Shown here piece after piece: positions 11,801-22,626 of a stretch of DNA of 44,246 nucleotides. Source of the stretch: Octopus bimaculoides (lineage: Eukaryota); the NCBI RefSeq assembly GCF_001194135.2, contig NC_068990.1, positions 47,481,731 through 47,525,976 on the forward strand, written 5' to 3'. Position numbers and translations under genes: made by a program. Every line of letters begins with the position of its first letter. The first letter of the stretch is position 1. Under the pieces are notes generated by a model. It ran no database searches and was not told the origin of the DNA. It was given only the letters and a program-made list of their open reading frames with translations.

Positions 11801-14800
11801 TTTCACATCTTGAAATAGGTAAGTGTTCTAGGGTTTTTTATCTGTTTATATGTTAAGGTTTATGTTTTGTATGTTGCATTGTTCAAAGTAGGCTAAGAAC
11901 TGAGGTCTGTGAAACTTCTTAACCCTTTGCCATTCAGATTATTCTGTCAAATGAAAAGCTTATTTATTTATAATGTTTTGAATTATTCATGCATTATCTC
12001 TTAGTTTTGAGATTTTGATGATGTAATTGTTTATTTTTAGAATAGCATTGTAGGATAGGCATGAGTGGCCAGATTTGGCCAGTTTGAACCCGAAACCTGT
12101 TTTGAATATACATAAAACAAATAGAATATTTGAAACGTGTTTTGAAAATAAGACAAAAGTTCACTTTGCAGCCACATGGTTTTGGGGTTTGTGAAGGTAG
12201 AATCAGAGTCAGAAACAATTACTGAATTACTCAAATGACAAAAATTAATTTGACTGATTTCACAGACATTAATCAAACCAAATTTAAGGGCTTCTGTGAA
12301 GTAGAATCTTGTAGGTAGATATAATTCAGTTTCAAACAAGATGTTAGTGAATTTTAGATTTGGATGTTTTAATTTAAACCCTATTCTATAGACAAGATGT
12401 TTCTTTAATAGATTCTGTAGGACTAAAATTTTCAATATTTTACAATAAAATCCATAATTCATTTTGCGTAATGTTTTAATCCTTAAAATGTTGGATTGTT
12501 ATAATGCCCACTTCAGTATGCAGTATACTTAGCAAAACCAGTACAGATACAACTATCTCTGACCACCTACTATGTACTTCACTTTACTTATAGTGACTAG
12601 GTTATTCCATTCATCACGTGGGAGGGGTGTACCATTATTACTAATTCCCTACATCTCTCCTTTTTTTATTCACCCTACCTCCCAGTTTTGAGTTGTTTTT
12701 TTTTTTTACAATTTAAGATTTTTTGAGCTTGGCATCTATGTTCAGGAACTTTGTATGTTTTCTTTTCCGTTCACTTGTACGCCTGAGTTCAATCACTTGC
12801 AGTGGCGTTGGTACTTGGAACGTATTGTACAACCATTCCATCAGTCACTCCAACTTCTTTGGTCCACTTTCCACAAATCTCTTTTTTAGTTGGTTCCTGT
12901 ATCTCTTTTGTATACCTTTTCTACTTTTTACCCAATACATCATTTTACCTATGCATTTGATAATTATGCCATTTCCCAACTCTGCTTTCTATTTTTGTAT
13001 GCCCTCATATACACCTTTTCACCAACTTTAAAGAATCTTGCTATGTCTTCCCTGGCACATTTTGTTTTCTTGTCAGGTAGCAATTTATCAAAGACTGATT
13101 TTACTTTCCTTACAAACAACAGCTCCACTGGTCAGCTACCTGCTGGTTTATTCGGATTTGGTGTCACATGGTGCACTCTTAAAAATTGTTGTAGAGCTAC
13201 CTCATCCATGACTATCCATATTCAATTTTCTAAGGGCTCTTTTGACAGTATCAACAAAGCATTCTGCCTGTCCATTAGATCTGGGATGGTGTGATGCCAT
13301 AGCTATATGTTCTACTGCGAATCTTTCACAAAATTTTTTTAATTCGCTAGACACAAATTGCGTACCATTGTCAGACACTATCTTGTCTGGGATGCCAAAT
13401 CACACAAACAATTCGTGTAAAAAATTTATCACAGTTGAGGAGGTTGGGTTTTTACACTTAAAAATTTCAGGTCATTTTGAAAAACTATCCACTACCAAGT
13501 AGTAAGAACCATTCAAAGAACCAGCAAAATCAATGTGTAGTATCAACCATGGAACATGTACTTTTGAACAATGTTTACTTTTTGTTGTGAGCAATTTTTC
13601 ATTTCATTCTGGCTTACACACAGGTGTTCCACTCTTGTTTTACTGCAATTTTTTTGTTTCAGTCCCTCAGCCACAGTCAGACCTTCAACTGAACCAACTA
13701 TATTTCCATACAAAACACTTATGGGTGTATTCCATACTTTGAATAGTTCCATTTACTCTGTGCTGAATAAATTAAGTGAACTTTTTAACACATTTACCTT
13801 TTCCATTTGGCCTCGAAATGTTACATTACATACGAATTCACCTAGAAAATATAATTTTTTTCTCGAAACACCATGTGCTACCTTTTTTATTTTATTAATC
13901 TTGGCTTACTGGCATATTTCCACATTTTCTTCATTTTTAATGGTGATATCACTACCAGTGTCCTACTGCATTTTAACACTTGTATTTCTGATTTTCACCT
14001 TCACGAATTTACTCATTGTTATATTACCCATTTCTTCAAATGACATACTATTTATTCTTTTTCCTTTGTTCTGACGTTCAGTCATCTTCAATCTACAGTG
14101 TGTCTTTATATGTCCTATATTTCCACAATGAAAGCACTCTCCTTTTTTAAATGCACAATTTTTCCTTAGGTCTACACCTCCACATGCAAAATATGGTTTG
14201 TTGTTTTTTAGAAAACACTTTATCTCTATTCTGACTATTTTGCATTTGCTTTACTTAGAAACAATCTTTACAGTCAATCTCCTCTCTGTCTTGTCTTAAT
14301 TTGGCTATCATTTCACATTCTTCTGACACTTGTTGTAGGGTTACATCCTGGTTTTGTTCCAGTTTAGCGAGAATTCTAGTTCTAACTTCTGCATCCTTTT
14401 TGACAGTAAGTCCCTATGTAAAAATCAGGCATTTGAACATATCTGGCGTTAATTCATCCAGCTTAAACTTCTTGCATTCCCTGTTTACTCTACCAGCATA
14501 TGTGATGTTGTCCTCGTTGTTTTTCTCTATGTTCAGATACTTCCAACGTTTGTTGAACAGTGAGCTTTTTTCACTGAAAATTTGACACAATATATCTTGT
14601 GTTATTAAAGTTTATGTTTGAAGATTTTCTTGGGAGTACACAATTGTTGTTATGCTCATGTTCTGTTGCTGCCAGTTTTCTCAAAACTCAGCGTGTTTTC
14701 ATCTTTTCATCCCAATCTTTACATTCTTTATCAAAGATTTGCTTATGTCTTCTGTAGTATGCCTCAAGGATAACTCCTTCGCCTGGTTCATACTTGAACT

Positions 14801-15951
14801 CTGTTATGGAGTTTACAACATAGTCTGGCAAGAACACTTTTTCTGACTTTCTTGACAACTTCAGTAATTGCAGCATTTATTGTTATATTATATTTTTTGT
14901 TGTTGTTGTTGCTTCTGTTGTTGCTCTTGCAGCTGTATCTGCTGTTGTAGTTGTTTTGGCAACTCAAGCAAACTTGTCAACAAATTTTCCATACTTTTAC
15001 AATTTTTTGTAAAATTTGTACACCATCTTTGTGAGTTTATTAACTGCACGTGAATTGGTTTATTCTTGTTGCCACTGTTGTAATCCTTCTAATGTTTGAT
15101 TGTTATAATGCCCTCTTCAGTATACAGTATAGTTAGTAAAACCAGTAAAGGCATGACTATCTTTGACTGCCAACAATGTACTCTGGTACTTCACATACTT
15201 CTCTTTACTTATAGTGATTTGGTTATTCCATTCATCACATGAGAGGGATACACCATTATTACTAATTCCCTACATGTAGTCTCTCATGTTACATTCACTT
15301 GAATTTTATATTCAAACAATGATTTTATCTCAAGAAGGAAGAATTATGTATGTAATCAAGTTTATTTCTTTTAACATGATCATCTGTTTGGCTTTACATG
15401 TCCAATCTTTTTGTTTTAATTCTGATGTACATTTGATTTTTGTACTCATGAACAAAGATATTCTGGATTTTCTCTTATAGTATTTCTATAGGTTCTGTAA
15501 AACCTTCTGATAAAGAAGGCCTCTTTTTCTTAAATTTTGTAAGTTTTTTCTTATACTTAATTGTTTGTAATTGTCATCATCATTTAGCATCTGTTGTCCA
15601 TGATATTAATGGCATAGTAAATAATAATAACTCTTTCTACTACAAGCACAAAACCTGAAATTTAGATGAAAGGGCTAGTTGATTACTTAGAAAAGAACTG
15701 TTTGTTCAGGGCAGCATGCCCTTAGTACAATATAGGAATAAAAAATCTTTAGTGTGACCTACTGACCTGTGAGAACTTTGGGAGATTTTCATTTCAACAT
15801 ATTGAATTCGCATTTAAACCAGTCATATCCAGCTCAAATATTCTACCTATTTTGTATTTAAACTGGTTAGATCTTACCTACCTTAAAATGTCATTCTAAA
15901 AATAAACAATCATATGCATTTACATATGTAGCTATATACAGCAGCTACATG

Positions 15952-16009
<58 letters not shown>

Positions 16010-17794
16010 CATAATTATATATTTACATAAGCTCATTTATCTATACCTACACATGCATACACTTTTTATGAGAAATAAAATCTTCCTTGTTGAATTCATT
16101 CCAGATCTAAAAAATCCAAAGAATAATAAGAAAACTGCTGGATTTACTCAAGAAGAAAGAGATGGGTTTAGTAAGATGTTGGATAAAGGATTTGTTGATT
16201 CATTTCGACACCTGTACCCCAAGAAAACAGATGTTTTTACCTTCTGGACATACATGATGAATGCTAGAGCTAAAAATGTTGGATGGTAAGTTTTATTGTG
16301 AATTTAGTTAGATATAGGCACACACATGGCTGTGTGGTTAAGAAGTTTGCTTATCAGCTATGTGGATTTGGTAGATGGAAGTTGAAAGAAGCTCATTACA
16401 TATATATGTGTGTGTGTGTTTGTATTTGTCTCCCACCACAATTTAACAACTGATGCTGTTTACATCCCCGTGACTTAGCAGTTCAGCCAGAGAGACCAAT
16501 TGAGTAAGTACACGTGCTCATGTGTATATGTATTTATATCTCCTTGTCTTCACATCACACAACAGTTATGAATGAGTGTCACTATCATACAAATGGTGTT
16601 GTCCATTTCCAGTCTTGTGTGAAAACATGTCTGACCATGCAGAATTATTTTCTTGCTTGGAAACAAGTGAAAGTTGGTGACAGGAAGAGCATCTGGCTTT
16701 AGAAAATCTGCCTCAATGAATTCTGCTCAATCCATGGAAGTTTTGGAAAAGTTGACATTAAAGTAATTATGACAGAAAGCTGGCTGGTATGCCTTTTACC
16801 CCTGATCTGTTTGATCTAGGGTTAAACAACAGCAACCAATACTAATTTGAACCAAAGACACATCACATGTCTGGAATAAAAGATGTGATGGCAATGATTG
16901 GAAATCCTGTGATCATAAATCTGCTGGGTCAGAATTGACCCAGAATAAACAAGTGAATTAGACAGGATTCTCTTCTGGAATTATTTTTCCTTTACTTAAA
17001 AATCACTGCAAGTCAAGGTCCATCAGTAACATCTAGGTAATGGGTCAGTGGAAAGCATGAATATTGATAATGCCATAAAAACTCTCTCTATATATATACG
17101 TGCTTATTTAAGATAACAACTAAAAGGTGGCAATGAAATTTTTTTTTTTTTTTTCGTATTTCAATGAAATACAAAGAGATGATAATAAAAGTAATGGTGG
17201 AAATAATATGCAGTAAATGAGACAACAATAAAGAATCTAATTAAAAGAAATGTCAATAAAAGAACTAATAAAAATATTGAAGTGAAGAAAACCCACCTAC
17301 ATTTAAAAAGTTACTTGTTTGTAGAGTATGATTATGAGAAATGGATTTAGGATTAACTTCAACCCTTTAGCATGCAGATTCTTCTGTCAATTATCATACT
17401 TATTTGTGTTTACTGTTTTGAATTAATCATGCATGATTTTGTGTAGCTTTGAGATTTTAATGATGTGATTGCTTAGTTTTAGAATGACAGTGTAGGGTAG
17501 GTGTGAGAGGCTGGATCTGGCTTGTTTGAACATAAAACATAGAATAACAGGGCTGGATATGGCCAGTTAAAGTATTAAATTTATACTAAAACTAAACAAT
17601 TGAGTGACAGAAGATATATTAACAATATGATGTTGATGTTCATGACAATAATATTGTTTCTTTTTTTTCTCCTCAGGCGTCTGGATTACTTTGTCATTTC
17701 TAAGAGACTGGTAGATAATCTCACTGATACTTTGATTCACAAGGATGAAATGGGGAGTGACCATTGCCCAATTGTTTTGCTCATGAACATGTAA
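4426..17794 (+). CDS. APEX1: DNA-(apurinic/apyrimidinic site) endonuclease APE1, spliced CDS join(4426..4467,5844..5942,6745..6943,9557..9628,11672..11818,16105..16285,17677..17794); 5' exon with start codon not found
   Basis: Manual splicing gives an 858-nt open frame (285 aa + TAA) with matching intron phases and GT-AG ends. ExoIII/APE1 motifs appear in order: [76 protein letters not shown]. Confidence 0.95.
5095..5600 (-). mobile_element. Degenerate RTE-tailed retroposon
   Basis: (CAT)n tail, RTE 3' motifs and a purine-rich body like 2400-2930. Confidence 0.45.
5844..5942 (+). CDS. APEX1: APE1 exon (DAEKQ...[16 protein letters not shown])
   Basis: ttctttcaaaag acceptor, gtgagt donor, SWN motif. 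Confidence 0.9.
6745..6943 (+). CDS. APEX1: APE1 exon ([21 protein letters not shown]...SVTKGIG)
   Basis: ttatag acceptor, gtaaag donor, catalytic LQETK (E96 equivalent); this frame is not shown as such in the ORF track. Confidence 0.93.
7160..8512 (+). mobile_element. 5'-truncated RTE-clade LINE (ORF C-terminus with Cys-rich finger, 3'UTR, (GAT)n tail)
   Basis: ORF 7130..7666 gives [11 protein letters not shown]...FQYIGD...[16 protein letters not shown]...[11 protein letters not shown]. Frameshifted continuation to GRGRP, then 3'UTR repeats and a gatgatgat tail. Confidence 0.9.
8610..8870 (-). mobile_element. tRNA-derived SINE fragments
   Basis: Reverse complement of the SINE head at 18744-18900 (ccaaatccactcacaagg...agaagacacttgcc...gtgccaca). 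Confidence 0.7.
9557..9628 (+). CDS. APEX1: APE1 exon ([23 protein letters not shown])
   Basis: tttcag acceptor, gtaagt donor, phase 1/1, HDxEGRVI motif. Confidence 0.93.
9950..10300 (-). mobile_element. Well-preserved tRNA-headed SINE of a second family (CORE-like central region)
   Basis: Minus strand reads GGCGCATGGCTCAGTGGTTAGAGC (A box)...GTTTGAATCCCGG (B box), then tgttgtgttcttgagcaagacactt...cactcagctg; CpGs retained. Confidence 0.8.
10310..10855 (+). mobile_element. Degenerate RTE LINE fragment
   Basis: Translates to LEVVDSF..., [12 protein letters not shown]...[10 protein letters not shown]..., RLCWYGHV; homologous to 7470-7900. Confidence 0.8.
11672..11818 (+). CDS. APEX1: APE1 exon (YIPNAG...[12 protein letters not shown])
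   Basis: Long pyrimidine tract + ctacag acceptor, gtaagt donor; Y171/N174/D210/N212 equivalents present. Confidence 0.95.
11919..12110 (+). mobile_element. TTAA-CCCTTT-ended non-autonomous element (piggyBac-like MITE); related copies at about 17360-17580 (+) and 15805-15920 (-)
   Basis: TTAA|CCCTTT terminus and a shared body (cagattattctgtcaaatg...gtttatttttagaat...ggccagatttggccagtttgaac). The right terminus is not clearly preserved. Confidence 0.5.
12472..15274 (-). mobile_element. Gypsy/Ty3 LTR retrotransposon, decayed and internally deleted (gag CCHC - protease - integrase; no RT/RNase H)
   Basis: LTRs at 12472-12653 and 15076-15274 (TG...CA). PBS-like TGGCAACAAGAAT (15074 downward); PPT AAAAAAAGGAGAGA next to the left LTR. 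Minus-strand [29 protein letters not shown]...[25 protein letters not shown]. Confidence 0.9.
16105..16285 (+). CDS. APEX1: APE1 exon ([14 protein letters not shown]...NARAKNVGW)
   Basis: attccag acceptor, gtaagt donor; contained in ORF 16053..16289. Confidence 0.95.
16315..16740 (+). mobile_element. Composite/degenerate tRNA-SINE pieces
   Basis: ggcacacacatggctgtgtggttaagaagtttgc head, central microsatellite, SINE body and RTE-like tail motifs. Confidence 0.55.
17677..17794 (+). CDS. APEX1: APE1 last coding exon (RLDYF...[13 protein letters not shown])
   Basis: ttttctcctcag acceptor; D283, D308 and H309 equivalents; TAA at 17792-17794. Confidence 0.95.
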
Positions 17795-18360
17795 CCTGTC
17801 AACTTATATTAGAACCTTCTAAGTATAGACTATATTCTGTAACGTATCCCAAGTCTTTTCTGAAGGGCTTTTTTTTTTATCTGTTTTTGAATTGTAACAC
17901 TCATGTAACATTCCTTTCATGGCAAAGCTCATAATGGGGGGGAAAAACACATTTTCTGTATTAAATTTTCATCAGGGTTTTTTATCTTCTTATTTTATTA
18001 AAGACATTTTTCATCTCAGCGTTTGAATTTTTATTGCTTGTTTGGTTGAATACATTTGTCACATTCATGGAATTGGTACAAATAGTAGAGAGCCAGATTA
18101 CATGCTTATAATGGTGACTTCCACAGAACTTTGGGATTGGTTCACCCTATAATGCTTATCTTTAATAATTCTTGATGCTGCTTCAAATATCATGCCTTAT
18201 GGGAAGGAAATAACAAAATTGAAAGATTTGTTTAACTCTAGAGATTCTGTTTGAATATTATATCATATAAGCAATTCTATCTGGCAGTTGTTGCAGAATC
18301 AGTGACAGTGAAATTGTGTGTGTGTGTGTGGTACATACACAGATATTGATATAGATATAT

Positions 18361-18743
18361 GGTCACAGGTGTGCTTGAGAAACTTGCTTCCCAAGCATGT
18401 GGGTTCAGGTTCAATCCAACTGCACAGCACATTGGGCAAGCATCCTCTACTATAGCCCTATGCTGACCAAATTCTTGTGAGTGGATTTGGTAGATGAAAC
18501 CTGAAAGAAGCCCATGTATAGATATATATGTGTGTTTTGGCATTATGTAATGGTTGTGAGTGAGTGTCATTGTCGTACAAGTGATGTTGTCCATTTCCAG
18601 TCTTCCTTGAAACATGTCTGGCCATGGAGAAATATTACTTTTCTTAGAAACAGGTGAGGGTTTGATGACAGGAAGTGCATCTCACTAGAATCTGCTTCAA
18701 CAAATTTCATTTGACCCATGCTAGCATGGAAAAGTGGATATTA
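18361..18743 (+). mobile_element. tRNA-headed SINE with RTE-derived 3' tail
   Basis: Head shared with 18744-18900; ends acccatgctagcatggaaaagtggatatta, as does the RTE 3' end. Confidence 0.75.
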
Positions 18744-18903
18744 GGTGCAGAAGTGGCTGTGTGGTAAGTAACTTACTTACCAACCAGATGGTTCCAGGTT
18801 CAGTCCCAGTGTGGCACCTTGGACAAGTGTCTTCTATTATAACCTCGGCCCAACCAAAGCCTTGAGAGTGGATTTGGTAGACAGAAACTGAAAGAAGCCC
18901 GCC

Positions 18904-18941
<38 letters not shown>

Positions 18942-18978
18942 GAGAATATACAAATAATAACAACAGACGAGGACAGGT

Positions 18979-19031
<53 letters not shown>

Positions 19032-19236
19032 ATTTTTGTGTGTTTGTGTTTGTCCCCCCACCATCGCTTGACAACCAATGTTAGTGTGTTTATACCCCCA
19101 TAATTTAGTGGTTTGGCAAAAGAAACCAATAGAATAAGTACTAGGCTTACAAAGAATACATCCTGGGGGCGATTTGTTTGACTAAAAGGTGGTGCTCCAG
19201 CATGACCGTAGTCAGATGACTGAAACAAATAAAAGA
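18744..19236 (+). mobile_element. Near full-length tRNA-headed SINE with central (TA)n and CR1-like 3' tail
   Basis: GTGGCTGTGTGG A-box-like and GGTTCAGTCCC B-box-like motifs; tail ggtggtgctccagcatgacc...gactgaaacaaataaaag. Confidence 0.85.
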
Positions 19237-19320
19237 ATTAAACTAATGATGACAATAGTATAGATATATATAGATACACATGCATATGTGTTTGTTTACA
19301 TCGTTATGTGTGTGTATATA

Positions 19321-19982
19321 TATCAGGTTATTGCAGAAATAATTACAATTTTCAAAGCTATATATCTCAGCTCAGAATAAAACTTGCAATATTTTTTCTG
19401 TTGTGATGGTTTTGCCAGAATTCAAAAACTATAGTGGATGATTTCCACTTGCTAACCATCAAACATTTATCATAACCTTCATCTGATGCAGCTTTAGCTT
19501 GGGAATGTGTTTTGATGTTTCTTCTCAGTTCATCCACAGCACAATGGACTCAAGAAATGGATAAATTTTGTATATTTTCATTCAGCTCATGTGTCATTAT
19601 GTGATGATTTTTTTTCTTGACTTTGCAGTATGGTGCCAATATCAAACAATTGTTAAATAACTTAGTTCTTCTGCAACCTTCAGAATGGTTCTCAGTTGGT
19701 CATCAGTTCCCAAAATTTATCTTTAACATTCTTTGTCTTTAAAGCTCACATCTCCATTACTAAATTTTTGAAACCTGTGTTACATTATATATTCATTAAC
19801 CTTCCCTTGACCAAACATTTGGTTGATACCAGGAGTTGAATTTAACTTTTTTCCATCATATTTTTATTTGAAAGCCTAAAAATAAACAATGGAAGCCAAA
19901 CCATGCATATAAATCAGTAGGTAAAAAGCTGCATTTCAAAATGAACTTAGTTAAAAAAAGTATCTAGTGCACCAGCCTAATG
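19321..19982 (-). mobile_element. Internally deleted, degenerate mariner element
   Basis: Ends resemble the mariner TIR TATTAGGTTGGTGCA (tatcaggttattgca... / ...tgcaccagcctaat). The minus strand has HTH-like remnants (INQMFGQGKVNE...FQKFSNGDVSFKD). Confidence 0.6.
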
Positions 19983-20355
19983 TATTTGTGTGTGTGTGTG
20001 TGTATAAAGTACTAAGACTAGGTTCTTTTGATCTAAGATAAATTTGCATTGTGCATAAGCATGTGTGTGTGTGTTTTTATCTGATAGTTAAGAGAGAAAG
20101 CAGTGACCATGACCCAACATATGGCCTTTGAGATTGCTGGGGAGCAGTATCCACAAACCAGAAACCCGATTTAAATGCTTGCAACTGAATAGATTAAAGG
20201 CACCCAAGGCTGATTTAATCCAGGTGACAGATTAAATCAACGACCCAAGTAGGTCACAACAGGATTTGAATTTATGATGCAAAGATCGGGAAGAAACATC
20301 ACCTAGCATTTGTTCTGTCAATCTACAACCCTGGATTGGTACTTACATATATTGT

Positions 20356-20391
<36 letters not shown>

Positions 20392-20394
20392 TCT

Positions 20395-21149
20395 TCTATA
20401 ATATAAATGTGACCTGGGTGAACGTTGTATTCTTTCTTGTCTTGAGGTTCACAGCCAAACGGCTGGGTGGATTCGCGTGAAAAATGGCACACATGTGGAG
20501 ACTGGTGCATAGATTGGTATGCAGGTTGTATTTTTTCCTAGCCCCCATAATTACCAAGAAAATCAATTAAAACAACCTGCATGCATGAGTGTGTGTGTCA
20601 CTGAAGCCATTCATACATACATAACCACTCTCTCAATCACTCACTACAAAATTTCAGTTATCTCTCTCTCTCTCATATACACACACGCCATCAACATTAC
20701 TCTCTCTGTCTCTTTGCACATACTCACAAAAGCAACTCATATACACACCACAGATTCTGTCTCGCACACCTCATCAAACACACACACACACACGCACACA
20801 CATCAATTCTTCCATCTCATGCAACTTCAAAAGAACTTCACTCCTACAACCATGCTCTCTCTCTGTCCCTTTCACTTTCATGCCGACTGTAAAAGATCCC
20901 CTTTTACATTTAGCATATAGTCATAGTCGGTGATATGACTTACAGCAGGCCTTATTCAGTATGCAGCATCGACAAGGCAAAACAATGATGCAACATCAAC
21001 GTCTGTCGCTCCGAGGAGGGAATTATGTGAGTTGTCTCGCTTGACTATGACTTACTTTCAGGTGTTTTTTACGCCAGATGCATAGAGAATATATTCTCTT
21101 TCACCTAAAAACCGCTGTCAACCCATGAACCAACAACACACACACCTAG
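20395..21149 (+). mobile_element. Non-autonomous Helitron-like element
   Basis: 5' TCTATAATATAAATG, the AAACGGCTGGGTGGATTCGCGTGAAAAATGGCACAC motif typical of such elements, internal CA/CT microsatellite, 3' CTAG|T. Confidence 0.55.
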
Positions 21150-21600
21150 TGAATGCGTGTTTCATTTGGTTTATATACCTCGAACTGCTTCTAATTCATA
21201 TCTGAATGTCTATTATATATATATATATATATATATATACATACACACACAGGAGGGGGTGCTGAAAAGTACCTAGCTTTAGGGGTATTGCAAAAGACCT
21301 GGTTGGGGGCCCAACATTCCAAGTTCTTTTACAGAGTTTAGAAAAACTGAAGGACCACTGCAATGTGGGAATACATTGAGTAAAATCATAATTAACTGTT
21401 CCTCCTGTATTTTCTTTTACCCAAAGCACCCTCCCTCATATATATATATATAGGTAAGGATAAATCCCAGTTTTTTCGTCTTGAAGCACATCTGCTTATT
21501 CCATTATTACAATCAATATGTATCTCTGGTTGCTACTGTATGTTAGTCAAAATACATATTAATATTGAGAATTATGGAAATGTTATTTGCAGAGGTATTG

Positions 21601-21794
21601 TATAACAAAACAGGAAAGTGGAAATTTGTTGATATTATTTATTCTCCATTACACATGCTTCATTTGCTAATAGGGATTTCAGAGATTTACATGTCTATCT
21701 CACATGTAAATCTTTGTAATTTCTATTAGCAAATGAAACATGTGTAATAGAGAATAAATAATTCCAAAAATTTCCACTTTCCTGTTTTATTATA
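21601..21794. repeat. About 194-bp fold-back palindrome (arms about 93 bp, 7-nt loop)
   Basis: 21601-21694 matches the reverse complement of 21702-21794 with scattered mismatches. Confidence 0.9.
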
Positions 21795-21844
21795 TACTAG
21801 CAGAGTTACCCAGCCTTGCTCAGGATTAACGTGGCATAATTTTT

Positions 21845-22575
21845 TTTATTGTTTTACTTGTTTTAGTCATGTGACTGTGGCCATGCTGGAGCACAGCCTT
21901 TAGTCGAAAAAAATTGACCACAAGATTTATCCTTTGTAAGCCTAGTACTTATTCTATCAGTGTCTTTTGCTGAACCGCTGAGTTATGTGAATGTAAACAC
22001 AGCAACATCGCTTGTCAAGCAATGTTGGGGGTACAAACACAGACACATACACACATATACGACATTCTTCTTTCAGTTTCCATGTATGAAATCCACTCAC
22101 AAGGCTTTGGTTGGCCTGAGGCTATAATAGATATACATACACAGTAGAACCTCAGTTTTTGAACAAATCTGATCAAGAATAAATCGTACTTTATCTCCTG
22201 TCTTTCTCATATTCATTTAATACAGTAGTACCTCAGTTTATAAACGCCTCTGATCACAAAAAAACATTATGCTTTATATATATATATATATTTATATACA
22301 CACACACACATATATATATATATGTATACACGTATATATATATATATATACACACACACATATATCCATATACATATATATTTATTACTTATTTCAGTCA
22401 TTTGAGTGTGGCCATGCTGGAGCACTGCGATTTAGTTGAAGAAATCGGCCCCTGGACTTATTCTTTGTAAGCCTAGTGCTTATTCTATAGATATCTGCCA
22501 AGTTGCTAAGTTATGGGGATCTAAACACACCAACATTGGTTACTAAGTGATGGTGACAGGGAACAAACACAGACA
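21845..22575 (-). mobile_element. Two SINE 3' halves (21845-22135, 22385-22575) with Tigger/pogo-like TIR stubs between them
   Basis: Reverse complement of the SINE tail at 19040-19236; CAGTAG(A/T)ACCTCAGTTT at 22142 and 22223. Confidence 0.65.
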
Positions 22576-22626
22576 CAAGTAAACACATGATATATATATA
22601 TAGGACATACTTCCTTCAGTTAATAG

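Noticed and set aside
12037-12462. 141-aa minus-strand ORF in an APEX1 intron
   Set aside because: AT-rich, no recognisable motif, partly overlaps a MITE; no splice or homology support
17960-18002. ATTAAA hexamers as the APEX1 poly(A) signal
   Set aside because: Plausible, but such hexamers are frequent in AT-rich DNA and cannot be supported without transcript ends
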